A DNA stretch of 37,312 bases, from positions 14,870,751 to 14,908,062 of the forward strand of contig NC_057753.1 of the NCBI RefSeq assembly GCF_004010195.1. Direction: 5' to 3'. The notes beneath the pieces were generated by a model that did no database searches, was not told where the DNA came from, and was given only the letters and a program-made list of their open reading frames with translations. Below, piece after piece: positions 20,801 to 33,584 of the stretch (its first letter is position 1; the number at the start of each line of letters is the position of its first letter). This DNA is from Chiloscyllium plagiosum (lineage: Eukaryota). The position numbers and the translations under genes are program-made.

Positions 20801-22864
20801 GGTTAGAGTGGTGCTGGAGAAGCACAGCCGGTCCGACAGCATCTGAGGAGCAGAAAAAATGGATATTTTAGGCAAAAGCCCTTCATCACGAATGAGACAG
20901 GGAGCCTATGAGGTGAAAAGATAAATGGGAGGGGTGGGGCTGTGAAGAAGGTAGCTGAGAGTGCAGTGAGTGGATGGAGGAAGGGTGAAGGTGATATGTC
21001 ACAGAAGAAAGTGGAGCGGATAGGTAGGGATGAAAATACATAGGTGGGGCAGGTCAGGAGTACGGTGTTGAGCTAGAAGGTTGGAACTGAGGTAAGGTGG
21101 AAGGCACGGGAATGATAAAACTGATGAAGTGCACATTGATGCCATGGGGTTGAAGGGTCCCAAGGCAAAGGATAAGGGTTTCTTAATCCATGCATCGGGT
21201 GGTGACACACTGGCGATGGAGGATGCCCAGGACCTGCATTTCCTCGGGAGAGTGGGAGGGGGAGTTTGAATATTTGGCCAAGAAGCAGTGGGATTGATTC
21301 TTGCGGGAATCCTGGAGATGTTTTCTGAAGTGCTCCGTGAGAAGACATCCGGGGGTCTCCCAAATTTAAAGGAGACCACATCGGGAGCAACGGACGCAAT
21401 AAATGATGTGTGTGGAAGGGCAGATGAACCTTTGATGAATGTAGAAGGCTCCATTGCCGCCTTGGACGAGGTGAGAGGGAAAGATATGGGTGCAGCATTT
21501 GCAATTCCTGCGGTGGCAGTGGAAGGTGCCGGGGGCAAGGTTGGATCATTGGTCATCGTGGACTTGACTGGGTAGATGTGGGGGGAATGGACTTTGGGGA
21601 AAGTGGATAGGCATGGAGAGGGACCTATATCCCTGGTGGTGGGATCCGTTTAAATGTGGCGAATCTGTCGGCGGATGATATGATTTAAGTTGAGGTTGGT
21701 GGGATGGAAGGTCAGGACCAAGGCTTTCTGTCCTTTTTGTGGTTGAAGGTATGTTGTTCGTGGGCGAAGGGGCGGGGCATGGAACAGACGTATTGGAGGG
21801 CATTTGAACCCCATGGGAACGTAAGTTCTGGTTGTTAAAGAAGAAGGGGATCTGGTGCGTTCTGTGTTGGAGATGGTCCTTTGGGAGCAGATGGGGTGGA
21901 GGCAGAGGAATTGGGAATACAGGGTAGCATTACTTCCGGAGGTGGGATGGGTAGAGGGGTGATCCAGATAGCTGTGGAAATCCATGGGTTTGTACAAAAA
22001 ATGTCTGAAACACGGGACCTCCTGGGTTATTTTCCCTCCCCACCCCTATCCACTTTGAAATAAGATGGTTCAGTTCGCAAATACCTAGTCAGGTCCACGC
22101 CCTCCAACGACGCACCCTCCCATCCCTGTACCTTCCTCTGTAACTGCATGAATTGCAAAACATATGCCCACACCCCCCACCTCTGTCCAATGCCCCAAAC
22201 GAGCCTGCCACATCCAACAATGTTTCAACAGCATTAGCACACATGTCGTTTGTTGTATCCATTTCTCCCGATGTGTTTACCGCTACATTAGGGCTACATT
22301 ACACCTTCTTGCAGCGTGCTTCAGAGAACAACTCCAGGACACCCGCAACAATCAAACGCAATGCCCTTTAACCGAACACTTCCACTTCCCCCACTCTACG
22401 AAGGGCATGAAGGTCCTGGGCCTCCTCCACTGCCACTCCCCAACCACCCAACGCCTGGTGGAAGGACGCCTCATCTTCCAACTCGGGACCCTGTAACCCC
22501 ATGGTATCAATGTGGATTTCACCAGTTTCCTCATCCCCCCCACTCTATTTCCAATCTTCCAGCGTGGCACCGTCTTACTCACCTATCTTACCTGTCTATC
22601 TTTTTTCCCACCTATCCGCTCCACCCTCTTCTCTGATCGATCATCTTTGTCCCCACCGCCATCCACCTATTGCACTCTGAACTAAATTCTCCCCAGCGCC
22701 ACCCCTTCCTATTTGTCTCTCAACCCAGCCTCGTTTCTGATGAAGGACTTTTGCCAAAAGCGTGAATATTTCCTGAAGCTCGGATGCTGCCTGGCCTGCT
22801 GTGCTTCCTCAGCCCTACTCTAATATTGACTCTGATCTCCAGCATCTGCAGTAAGCACTTCCTC
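20801..22864. mobile_element. Penelope-like element made of two partial copies in inverted orientation (20801-~21997 minus, ~22000-22864 plus)
   Basis: RT thumb YKPMDFHSYLDHPSTHP...LYSQFLCL..ICS and GIY-YIG region HVVCCIHFSRCVYRYI...HFH...MKVLGLLHC...RLIFQLGTL. Pseudo-LTR ends on both sides. Degenerate TSD TCAACTGATTCCCCT (20783-20797) / TCAAATGAATTCCCCT (22865-22880). Confidence 0.9.
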
Positions 22865-24020
22865 TCAAATGAATTCCCCTGTCCATTGATTGTAAAAGTA
22901 CACTCCAAGATCTCTTTGTCCGTCTACACCACACAGAATACTCACTGTTATTGTTTCTTCTCCACAAATTCATTAACACTCATTGGTCTGGATTCAATCC
23001 GATACACCATTTTACCTTTCCACCTGATTGATGCATCCTTGCAGTCCCTGGCTTTCTTCGTCACTGTCAAATACACGACCAATGTTTGCATTATCAGCAA
23101 ACGTCGAAATCATGGCTCCTACAACTAAGTCGAAATCATTGATCTACATCAGAAAACAGTGGAACACCACTGGAAACAGGCATCCAAATCTGGTTCTATT
23201 GCTGGTTCGGATTAACAGATGCAATAATAGCAGAATTGATCCCCTGCTGTCATTTGTAAACTTTCTGGTGATTCTGCCAGTTGTTCTCCTGAGTGATCAC
23301 TTCTCACATATGGGAGTGGTGAATGACCTGTGCGCATTATGACTTTGCAAGTGAGTTTACACCTCAGCAGATAATTGAATCCCATCCTGCAGTCATCCTA
23401 TGGACCTGACTTCTTGGGGACATGGGTTTCCTTGTTTCTATTTAGTTTGGATAATCAGTTGATTTCGAGTCCACCCGGACACAATTCCTATTTTCCCCGT
23501 CGTCCATGTATTTTTATTCTTCATTATTCTCCCACGGAATATGGCTATCATTGGTCTGAAGTGCATTTGTTGTTCAATCTTAATTCCCGTTGAACTGAGT
23601 CAGAGATCACTTATGGGTGAAGCGCACTGTTGTGGATCTGGAGTCACATGTTGGCTGGTCTCGTTACAGTCGACAGATTTCCCTTTCAAAGGGACATGAA
23701 TGAATGAGTTTTCAGTAAATTAAAGTTATCGTCTCTGTTCCTGAGATTGGGTTTATTTTCCATATTTTATTCATGCATTTAAATAACAGCAGCTGCCACG
23801 TTCCAGTCTCCAAAGATTACTCGCCCAGTATACCACCACTGCTGCATTTTTCCATCCAAAGAATGACATTAGATTATCCAAAATGGAGAGAGAATAGGAC
23901 GCGTTTCTGTGTTGGAATGGAAGCAATGTACGCTGGTTTGGAGTATTACTGGAGCAAGAGACTGATGAGCAAACACAATTCTTACTGTCAAAGTAACCAA
24001 ACACTGCTTGTTAAGGAAAA

Positions 24021-24091
24021 TTTCATAGGCTGCTTTCAATGCATCGACCTCTCACTTAAGTCTCCAGTACGCTCCTCTGAGCCAATCTTCC
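24021..24091 (-). pseudogene. degenerate initiator tRNA-Met
   Basis: GGAAGATTGGCTCAGAGGAGCGTACTGGAGACTTAAGTGAGAGGTCGATGCATTGAAAGCAGCCTATGAAA compared with AGCAGAGTGGCGCAGCGGAAGCGTGCTGGGCCCATAACCCAGAGGTCGATGGATCGAAACCATCCTCTGCTA. Confidence 0.75.
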
Positions 24092-24679
24092 GTGCGGGTT
24101 GATGCTGCTGCAGAATCTTAATAATATAGTAACTGGACACCAATAAGACCTGCCACCCCGCCTTTGACCAGGAGCACTCCCAGCCTCAGGATTTCACGCG
24201 CGTCTATCCGTCATAGAAGGACTGCACCTTTACCAATCACGTGACTGCTGTCACAGAATAGCTCCACGTGCTCATTTCCACCGCCACTTCCGATTTGCTA
24301 TTCACGGCTGCGCCATTAGGTTTGACTGATAATCCCAGGAACTGGGATTATGTGACCGACTTCAGCAATGGGCACTTCCTTGTGTGGGGAATTTGGTGAA
24401 GCCATTGTTATTGAAACATACAGTGCAACTGTATCCCGCACTATCCCCTGAACCTTCATTTTTTTCTAGAAATCTCCCAAACTCATTATTCAACATGTAG
24501 TACTCTATGGAACCACCACAGCGCTTGGGGATATCAAATTTAAAGATTCAGCCAATTCCGAATCCCTACATGTCTGCGATCACTCGCCTCATATTCCTGT
24601 TGTGAATCTGCTACTTTTCCCTAACAAATCCTCTGTCACTGTAATTATTGTTGGTTTTAAACGGATGTCTCTGCATGAC

Positions 24680-24752
24680 TCAGTGATGGTTTTAATATTA
24701 AAATATTCTGCATTGTTGGCACAGTAATCTCTTTCGAATCCGAGTCACTGCA
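24680..24752 (+). pseudogene. degenerate tRNA-His
   Basis: 3' half TTCGAATCCGAGTCACTGCA is nearly identical to tRNA-His; the 5' half is eroded. Same position in the unit as 13221-13292. Confidence 0.75.
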
Positions 24753-25379
24753 GGTAACGTTCCCCCATTTTACACCTTGTGACACATGCTGAAGAAACAC
24801 ACAAAGGAATTAGTTGACTTTACGTGAAAACATTCTCCGATATTATGACTTTTTCCATCAATACCCTCTCTCACATCTCTGACAGTCATATATCAGGATT
24901 CAGACTCATTCATTATCGGAAAGTTCTCTCCCTCCCACAATCATTTACCTTCTTTAAGTTCTCCATCCTATTTCCCTTACAATCACTTTCACATTGCCCC
25001 CTATTCAGTCTGTGCTGCTGCGATCACTGTTTCTGGATGACCATGACCAAGTCCTATCATCAGGACCTTCAAACTAGTTGATCCATTTCAATACCGCGTT
25101 TGTGAGATCAATCCTCATCCAGCAGCTTTTAACTGACATGGACCAGCGATTACTTAAACCTCGGGCTCAGGAAAAGGACACAGAACAGCATTGAGGAAAA
25201 CAACAGTTGTTCAAAAAGCATCAGTTTCTGTGGATTTTCACATTATTTATTTCACGCGTTGATTCGGCTCCAGCGAGACTATTGTGTGTAGTTATGCAAT
25301 TCAGGTTATACCAGGGATGTGATAGCACTGGAAATGATGCAGGGGAGATTTGCCAGGTTATTGTCTGGGCTGAACAAGG

Positions 25380-27780
25380 GAGATTGGCCATTCTGTAGTT
25401 GTTTTACTTAGAGCAGAGGAGATTGAGAGGGGTTATGATTCATATGTACAAAATACTGAGAGATATGGATATCATATTGAAACGGTTTCGATATAGATTT
25501 CAATCACGGCGGGCTATCGATTTAAGGTCAGAGGTGGAAAGATTAGAGTGAATGCGTGGAAATACGTTTTCAACCAGTGGGTCGTTGAAATCTGGAACTC
25601 AATGTATGCAATTAAATAAGAGGCAGAAATCCACAGAACTTGCTGAAGTATTCAGATGTGAATTTGTGATGCAAGACATATAAGACTATGGGTCAATTGT
25701 TTTAAAAAGGAGTTAGGATAGTGAAGCGATTGTTACTGAACAGTACAGATATTCTGTTCCTAAGTGCGGGTTATTAGTACCTGGCTTTCTGTTATCGAAG
25801 TGGCATGTCACAGGTAGCACTGTGCTGACTGAATCAGCGTGGGGAACTATTACAGATCCCAGAGAGACAGAGTGACAGTGAAAGTGCAAAGACGTTACTT
25901 CTGAAAGCTGTACCAAGTATCCGTGTTGGAATTAAAATCATTAGATAGTTTTACTTCGTACTTATAGCAGGAACCTTCGGAAGATATAAATTCTCACTGC
26001 ACTTTCCACACGAGCTCATCCCACTGAATAACACCCCTTACGGACAGTATGCAGGAATATTTCTCTCCATGCACCCTGGTCCTATCCTCCTTGACCCCCA
26101 GCACTTCCCCATATGGCACCATTCCACGAAATCCCAGAAGTTGTAATGCTGCTCGTTTATGATGTCTCTCCTCACGGTGTAAGGTTCCAGTGACTTGTCT
26201 GACCATCACTCAATTTAGCAAACTACATTTCCAACTTACAATGTGATATCGTCTAGACTGGGAGAGAGAAAAGAAAACGGAGCGGTTGACAAACGCGAGT
26301 ACAACTACGTTCTGTTTGCAAGCTAAAAAATGACCCTGAGCTTCCAGGTTCCTGTCACTGCAACATCCCACTCTGTTCCCATGCCTTTATTTCAGTTTTG
26401 TCTGCTGCAGAACTCCCACATAGCACAGCGCGAGTTGCAAGAGTGGTACGTCATTTCCTACTGAGAGACCGTGCAATCTTCAGTACCCAACATCCAGTCC
26501 AATCATTTTAGACCTGTCCACCTTCTTTCACGTTCCTGCTACGTATACACATGCCATTCGTTCCAAAGGTGGATCGTTTGGCTCGAAAATTTCTCCCCAG
26601 ATTGGACAAACTGTAATTGTTTTTCTTAGAGCAGAGGAGATTGAGGGGGGGAGGTGTATGATTAAGATGTACAAAATACTCATGGATATGTATAGCGTAG
26701 ACTGAAATACATGCTTCACTTTGATGGAGATTTCGATCCCAGGGGGCCATCGATTTAAGATCAGAGGAGGAAAGATTACAGTGAATGGGTGGAAAAACGT
26801 TTTCAAACAGTGGGTGGCTGAAATCTGGAACACAGTGTATGAAAGAATCGGAGAGGAACACAAGGCTATCAGTCAAGTGATTTGAAAAGGAGTTAGGATA
26901 GTTAAGCGATTAGGATAGTTAGATACTCCGTTCCAAGTGCGGATTATTAATACCTGACCTTCCATTTTCGACGGGGCATGTCACAGGAACAACTGTGCTG
27001 ACTGAATCTGCGTGGGGGAGGACTACTGCTCCTGGGAGACGGACTGACAGTGACAGTGCAAACATGTGACTTCTGTAAGCTGGACCTCGTGTCGGTGTTG
27101 GAATGAAAATCATTCAGTAGTTTTGCTCCGTCGTGAGGTGTTTACTTACATCAAGAAGCTCAGTAAGATATACATTTTACTGCCCTTTCCCCACTAACCC
27201 ATACCACTGAATACCAGTACTAAGCAAGACAATTTCTCTCTGTGCATTCTCGTCCAATCCTCCTTGACCCCCAGCACTTCCCCATATGGCACCATTCCAC
27301 GAAATCCCAGAAGTTGTAATGCTGCTGATTTACGATATCTCTCCTCACTGTGTAAGTTTCCAGTGATTTATCTGCCTTTCACTCAATTTAGCAAACTACA
27401 TTTCCTGCTCACAATATAACCTCAATCAAGGCTGGAGAGAGGAAAAACAGAGTGGATGACAAATTTGAGTAAACCTACGTTCTGTCTGCAAGCAAAACAA
27501 ATGACCCTGAGCTTCCAGATTCCTGTCATTGCCACATCCCACTGTGTTCCCATAACTTCATTTCAGTCCATAGTCTGCTGCAGAACTCCCACATAGCACA
27601 GTGTAAGTTGGAAGATCGGCACGTCATTTTCTACTGAGAGAGCATGCAACCTTCAGGACCCAACATTGGGTTCAACCATTTTAGGCCCTGTCCACATTCT
27701 TTCACGTTGCTGCCCCACTTACACGTACCATCAGTTCCAAATGTAGATCGTTATGCTGGAAAATCTCTCTCCCAGATGCA
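25380..27780 (+). repeat. ~1.2-kb tandem duplication (25380-26597 and 26598-27780) containing a CR1 fragment, a unit-specific motif and an old Penelope GIY-YIG relic
   Basis: Colinear similarity throughout, with junction microhomology AGAT. Confidence 0.8.
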
Positions 27781-27949
27781 CTAGACCTGCTGATTTTGTT
27801 CAGATATTTCTGATTTTTGTTTGGAGAATTTGTTCTGTTCTGATCGCCAGACTTCAGGAAGAGTGTGTTTGCACGAGAGGGTGTTCAGAGGAGATTTGTC
27901 AAGGTATTGCCAGGGCTCGACCATTCCCACTGCGAAGATAGGCGGAAGA

Positions 27950-28440
27950 GAGGGCTTCAGGTGCTGGAGCCTAGAGTCGAAAGTGTAGTGCTGGAAAAGC
28001 ACAGCAGGTCAGACAGCATCTGAGGATCAGGAGAAGCAATGTTTCTGGCATAAACCACCGCCATTCCATTACCACCTGATGCGTGGAGGAAGAACGTCTC
28101 ATATTCTGCCTTCGGACCATGTAACCACACGGGATAAATGTGTACTTGAACAGCTTCCTCATTTCACTTCCTTCCACATTATACCAGTCGCAAGCCTGCA
28201 ACTAGGCACTACTCTCTTGACCCGTCGATTAAACACCCCTCCGAATTATCACCTTCTCCTTCAGCTTCATCCACCTGTCAATTTCCCAGATACTTTACCA
28301 CCAACAGAACTCCCCTCCCACTTATATCTAAACCTCGACCGACAAGCCTCATTCCTGATGAAGGGCTCATGCACAGAACGTCGATTCTCTTGCTCCCGGA
28401 TGCTGCCTGACATGCTGTGCTTTTAACGCACAGCACTGTT
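27950..28440. mobile_element. Penelope-like fragment with a short inverted arm
   Basis: Minus-orientation pseudo-LTR end at 27950-28057, joined to a plus-orientation EEERLIFCL.T..PHGIN region and pseudo-LTR with CTGATGAAGGGC at 28355. Confidence 0.8.
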
Positions 28441-30694
28441 GCCACTGCAAAGATAGATGAGCTCGCCTGGGGCTCTTTATCTGACAGTAGAGAAAGCTGA
28501 GCTAGGAACTGATTAACGTGCACAGAAAGGGGATAGATATATGTGATAGGAATAAACTTCTTACGGGAAGGGTTAATAACCAGGGATATAGGATGAGAGA
28601 GAGGATATTCAGAGAAGATCTGGGAAGAATGCTTTCACCTTGAGAGTGTTGTTTGTCTCGAACTCACTGTTTAACGTCTGGAGTCATCAGAAGATTCTGG
28701 AGTATTTAGCCGAACATTGAGGAGCTAGCCCTTAATGGCGAGGTACTGGAAAGTGGGGCAAGGATAAACAGATGTTCGATGAATGACTTGAAACCGTATC
28801 TTTGAGTGCAGCAAAATGGAGGCTCGTGCTCCTCTGTGGCGAAATGAAAGGTGTTGTTAAGATTGCGATTCAAGGATTGTTACAATACAGCACAGAATAG
28901 GCCCTTCGCCCCTCGATGTTGCGCTGACATGTGAACTATTCTCACTCACTGCGTCTCCCTACATTATCCCAAAATCATCCATGTGCTTATCATTTTATTT
29001 CACATTTCAGCTGAATCAATGATTGTTCTACTGATTCATCGTCAATTCCACTCATCTGGAGTTCTGGACTCTGCTACTGACCAGAGGACATTCCTCACCT
29101 TCTTGGTGGTGAGCTTTGAGGGAATCGTATCATTTGAAACATGATCAGACCAGAATCGACTGCTCATTCACAAAAGCGACTGCAAAAGCCCACTGTCTCT
29201 AAACACATTTCCCACCCACAGTTGCATAGAGTTTTTCGGTTTATTCACTGTCTTTTTCCCATTGGGTGACAGGTTGATGTGGATAGGTTGGGAAAAGGTA
29301 TTGATGTGTTTGGTCAGCCAAAATGATATCAAATGACGGGGTAGCGCCGGCGGGTGAAATTGTCCCCTCTTGCTCCGCCCCCTGTCTGCGCTGTTTCTGA
29401 CAGAGGAAATTAAACAACAACATAATGAGGACACTGTGAATGTACACCACTGAATATCAAGGACCTCCCCTTTATCCCACTGCTCTCACTGCTGGAATAC
29501 ACAGCTCCTGTTGAAGCTTTAATCACACAGTAGAGGATTCTCTCAGGCGCTCTGTCAGACTGCATGCTCGTTCGCACAGGTTTCCAACTGGGCACATGGA
29601 GCAAACGGCCGTGTGGATATTGGGGATTCAGGGACAGATTTTCCCTTTGCTGGATTAGAGCTCTGGCCACGTTAATAAACATGAACTTAAGTGATTCTGT
29701 ATCTTATTATGAATTCTTTTCATTTTACAATTTAAACTGAAATTCAATTTACTCTTGTTTAACTTTCTTATATCTTTAGTATTCATGAAAACTGTGCAAC
29801 ACGTCCTCGGATGTAGGAATGGTGAAGGTTGATGATGAGTGTAATATGTTTCATGTTATCTGTATGAATTTTCAGAAGGAAGTTAGTGAAGTGTCTTTGA
29901 ATCAAATTTTGTGCCGAATTGAAGCCGACAGAATGAAAAGCCCTGTGACAGCGATAACGTAACATTGTCTGTAAACAGGACAGTGACCCCCAAAACGCAG
30001 CTTTGAATCAAGTCTAATTTGCGCAACATTTTTCTGTATCCCTTTCCTGAACCTGGTACTCCAATAGTCACAGGTCAATGTCAATTCCTGCTCCACTGCC
30101 TTAACTTTAATTTCAGAATTACAACAAAAGTAGAACAGTTGGTCGAAGGTCCCAGATGTACGAGTAGCGCACGTTACAGGTTGGCGCTCTGCTGCTCCCG
30201 TGGAGCAATTCATCATCACCGAACAGCCTGTGAAATGCTGCAGCTGGAATTACAATTATTATCTAAAGCTGTTTTTCCTGATGTTGATCACGGATCATTG
30301 GTGCACCGGCCTGAAGTGTATTTGAAAAATAACGTCGAATAAAGCAGCATTTATAATAAAACTCCATCTTCTGATTTGTGGGATTATTCTGCATTTGGAA
30401 AATGAGGCAATTATCAGCCGGAAAACTTTCCATATTCCCCAGGCGATTATCCATCTGTGGATCGAGAAACAGAGGTAAAGTTTTAGCATGATGAGATTTT
30501 TCAAATCTTTGACCCTCCACTGTATTCCATTCTTGGAAAGGCTGTTAAACACGTTTCATATTATCCCATTTGTTGCAAAGTCGCACAGTTCATGAAACTG
30601 TTCGAAAGATTTATCTCTTTGGGTAGATTGAATGTTGCCAGTGAATCTGGTAAAGTCATAAGAAATAGTTTTTGACATCTACAAGGCCATTCCT

Positions 30695-30850
30695 ACTCAT
30701 TAGAATCACAGATTGTATTACAGATCAAGTGGGAAGGAGAGATGATGATGATCCTTCAGGCAACCTGAGACATTGCGACAATTAATCCCACGTTGTTAGT
30801 CTCACTCTATACCATAAGCCAGTTAGCCAGCGCAGTGAGCTAACTGGCTT
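30695..30850 (-). mobile_element. degenerate tRNA-derived SINE
   Basis: Minus strand GCCAGTTAGCTCA...AGAGTGA..CTAACAACGTGGG.TTAATT...CTCAGGTTGCCTGAAGGA resembles a shark SINE head recalled from memory. Confidence 0.45.
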
Positions 30851-31219
30851 CCGTGTACTGTAAAGCTATAACAAACAATTCAGCATATTAACAATTTGTA
30901 GTAGTTCGTGTAGAACCAGCCACGATACCTTTCAACCCCACCAGCTCTTCTTATACTAAACTTCTTCAGTTGCAGTTGTCATACAATTTCTTTCCAATGA
31001 AAGCAAAACAATTCATGAGTATGTCACTTCTGCATCCTCATCCAGGCAGCCCAAAATCTCTGTCGCTGTTAAATTCACTCCTTGTATGTCTGCATGTGGC
31101 TTTTCAAATATTTTGGAATCAGCTTCTATTTTCTTTTTTCTTTCTGAAAAATCATCTCCGTTTTCAAGAACTCTCAGAATAAAAAGTACCTGCTGTAAAC
31201 TTCTTTGTCATTCCTCGCT

Positions 31220-31719
31220 NNNNNNNNNNNNNNNNNNNNNNNNNNNNNNNNNNNNNNNNNNNNNNNNNNNNNNNNNNNNNNNNNNNNNNNNNNNNNNNNN
31301 NNNNNNNNNNNNNNNNNNNNNNNNNNNNNNNNNNNNNNNNNNNNNNNNNNNNNNNNNNNNNNNNNNNNNNNNNNNNNNNNNNNNNNNNNNNNNNNNNNNN
31401 NNNNNNNNNNNNNNNNNNNNNNNNNNNNNNNNNNNNNNNNNNNNNNNNNNNNNNNNNNNNNNNNNNNNNNNNNNNNNNNNNNNNNNNNNNNNNNNNNNNN
31501 NNNNNNNNNNNNNNNNNNNNNNNNNNNNNNNNNNNNNNNNNNNNNNNNNNNNNNNNNNNNNNNNNNNNNNNNNNNNNNNNNNNNNNNNNNNNNNNNNNNN
31601 NNNNNNNNNNNNNNNNNNNNNNNNNNNNNNNNNNNNNNNNNNNNNNNNNNNNNNNNNNNNNNNNNNNNNNNNNNNNNNNNNNNNNNNNNNNNNNNNNNNN
31701 NNNNNNNNNNNNNNNNNNN
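31220..31719. other. assembly gap of exactly 500 N
   Basis: N run. Confidence 0.99.
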
Positions 31720-31808
31720 TGAGAGACAAACTCTTTCTTAGAGCCGTTTGTCAGTTTTCCTCATGATGCTGTGGAAAATGTTTCTGCACTCACATCTGAA
31801 TTAGTTTA

Positions 31809-31934
31809 GGGAGAAAGTAAGGACTGCAGATGCTGGAGATCAGAGCTGGGAATGTGTTGCTGGAAAAGCGCAGCAGGTCAGGCAGCATCCAGGGAACAGG
31901 AGAATCGACGTTTCGGGCATAAGCCCTTCTTCAG
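31809..31934 (-). mobile_element. young 126-bp Penelope-like 3'-end insertion with an 11-bp TSD
   Basis: GAATTAGTTTA at 31798-31808 and 31935-31945 flanks pseudo-LTR terminal sequence. Confidence 0.85.
31907..31934 (-). ncRNA. minimal hammerhead ribozyme core within a Penelope-like pseudo-LTR
   Basis: Minus strand CTGAAGA-A-GGGC-TTAT-GCCC-GAAAC-GTC gives a CUGANGA box, a 4-bp stem II, a GAAA box and a palindromic ACGU before a GUC site. Confidence 0.65.
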
Positions 31935-32201
31935 GAATTAGTTTACCCTGTTTCTTCTTCAGCTTCCTTCTTCTTTCTATTAAATGGTTTAGATTCCAGT
32001 ACAGACACAAGGTGCATGTTGCAGAAGTCACGTGTTTGTACTTTCGCTGACACTCTGTCTCAGCGGGAGCTGCAGTCCATCCCCAGATGGCACTGATTCA
32101 GATAGCACTGTCCTTCCTGTGACATGTCCCATGGAGAATGGAAGGACAGGCATTAATATGCTTCACTTGGGAACGGAGCGACAGTTTTAAAACATTTACA
32201 C

Positions 32202-32273
32202 TGCCCCAGCGAGGAATTGAGCTCCTATCTCCCGCATAACATGTTTCGACACTAACCACTATACTACCAAGGA
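32202..32273 (-). pseudogene. degenerate tRNA-Asp
   Basis: TCCTTGGTAGTATAGTGGTTAGTGTCGAAACATGTTATGCGGGAGATAGGAGCTCAATTCCTCGCTGGGGCA is a 72-nt ungapped match to tRNA-Asp; anticodon GTC has become GTT. Confidence 0.85.
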
Positions 32274-33024
32274 CAACAGTTGCAAAGGAGACCCCTCAGC
32301 CCGTTGTGGCTCCATTTGTCAAAAACATCTGCTTTACGACCCGAATCGTTTAACCCACAGACTTATAAGTATTGACAGAACATATTCATATCTGAATATT
32401 TCTGCCTCTCTGACCCTTACAGACAGTGTGTTCCAAATTCCAACACCCTGCACGGTGACAAACAATCCCAACCTGTCCTGTCTCTATTCATGACTGAAAC
32501 TCTTCAGCCCAGACGCTATCCGAGTGAATCTCTCCTCCAACTTTCCCACTGCGGTCACATTCCTGGACTCACGTAAATTGCAGACAATCGTCTAGGTCGA
32601 GCCGAATGAACCTTTTTTTTCATTCTGTAACAGCATGCGGGGTGGCTCTGCAGCATTTATTGCCTTGCAGTCTGGAGTCAGACCAGTTCAGGACGTAGTG
32701 AAACAGATGGGATTTTCAGACAATGCATTTAGCATATTCTTAATTGTCGCAACCAGTAACAGTGAGGGCAACGGCACAGACTTGACGGTATCAACGTGAA
32801 AGTATATGTTCGATTGTGCAATGCCTCTGTAAAACGGGATATGAGACGGAAAAGAGAGTTAGGGAGAATGGGAGGTGGAGACATCTTCCAGAACTTTTGG
32901 GTTTAAATCCTGATACATGAAACGCAGAAACATGAAAACACCTCGGAGAATATTATCATGTAAAAACGATTAATTTCTTACCGTGTTTCACCAAAAGTAA
33001 AAGTTTGAGAGAACTAACAGCCAT

Positions 33025-33067
33025 GTCGTGTATGAGAGCCGAGGACGCTACTAAATAGTTACAGCAC
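33025..33067 (-). pseudogene. internally deleted tRNA-His remnant
   Basis: GCTGTAACTATTTAGT/AGCGTCCTCGGCTCTCATACACGACA lies at the unit-equivalent position, with flanks homologous to 13293-13350. Confidence 0.4.
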
Positions 33068-33584
33068 TCCAACAGAGCACTTTTGCAAACTGCCACCAGT
33101 ATTGTAGCAGAGGAAATGTCAGGGAGCACGTACAATATTAGGCCTTAGCGACAGGCGTGTGGGAATTCAAAATGGGCTGAATTTTTAACTTTAACGTCCT
33201 CAGAGACTATGAAGATTCCATGAATGAGAGTATTGGAGAATGGGATTAATGAAATTTTCCAAACAACTGGGACAGCGTAGGATATTATTGATACGTATGT
33301 TTCAATCGCATTATAGTTTAACATAGGCTACTTCATCACTTTGCCCACACAAGGCAGTACCAACTGCTGCAGGCAATCACACATAATCCGAGTTCCACAC
33401 CCGGAATCGTAGAAACGGTGTGAAGCAGCCACGAAGATTCAATGGGAAATTGGGATGGAATGACAGGAGAGAGGCGCGTGTATTTCCGAGGGTGGGATTT
33501 CTCCTGGTCAAAAGCGGGACGGAACGTAATACTTGCCAACATTTAGAATATTATAGCCTTAAGTAGTACATGTTGCTGAGACAG

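Noticed and set aside
20999..21575. 185-aa and 95-aa ORFs as novel genes
   Set aside because: They are alternative or antisense frames of the decayed Penelope GIY-YIG region.
30816..30850. 12-bp perfect hairpin AAGCCAGTTAGC...GCTAACTGGCTT as a terminator or ncRNA
   Set aside because: It lies in the head of a degenerate SINE in a eukaryotic context, is single-copy and has no other support.
13221..32273. Functional tRNA genes
   Set aside because: All copies have broken stems, mutated anticodons or damaged A/B boxes, so they are reported as pseudogenes.
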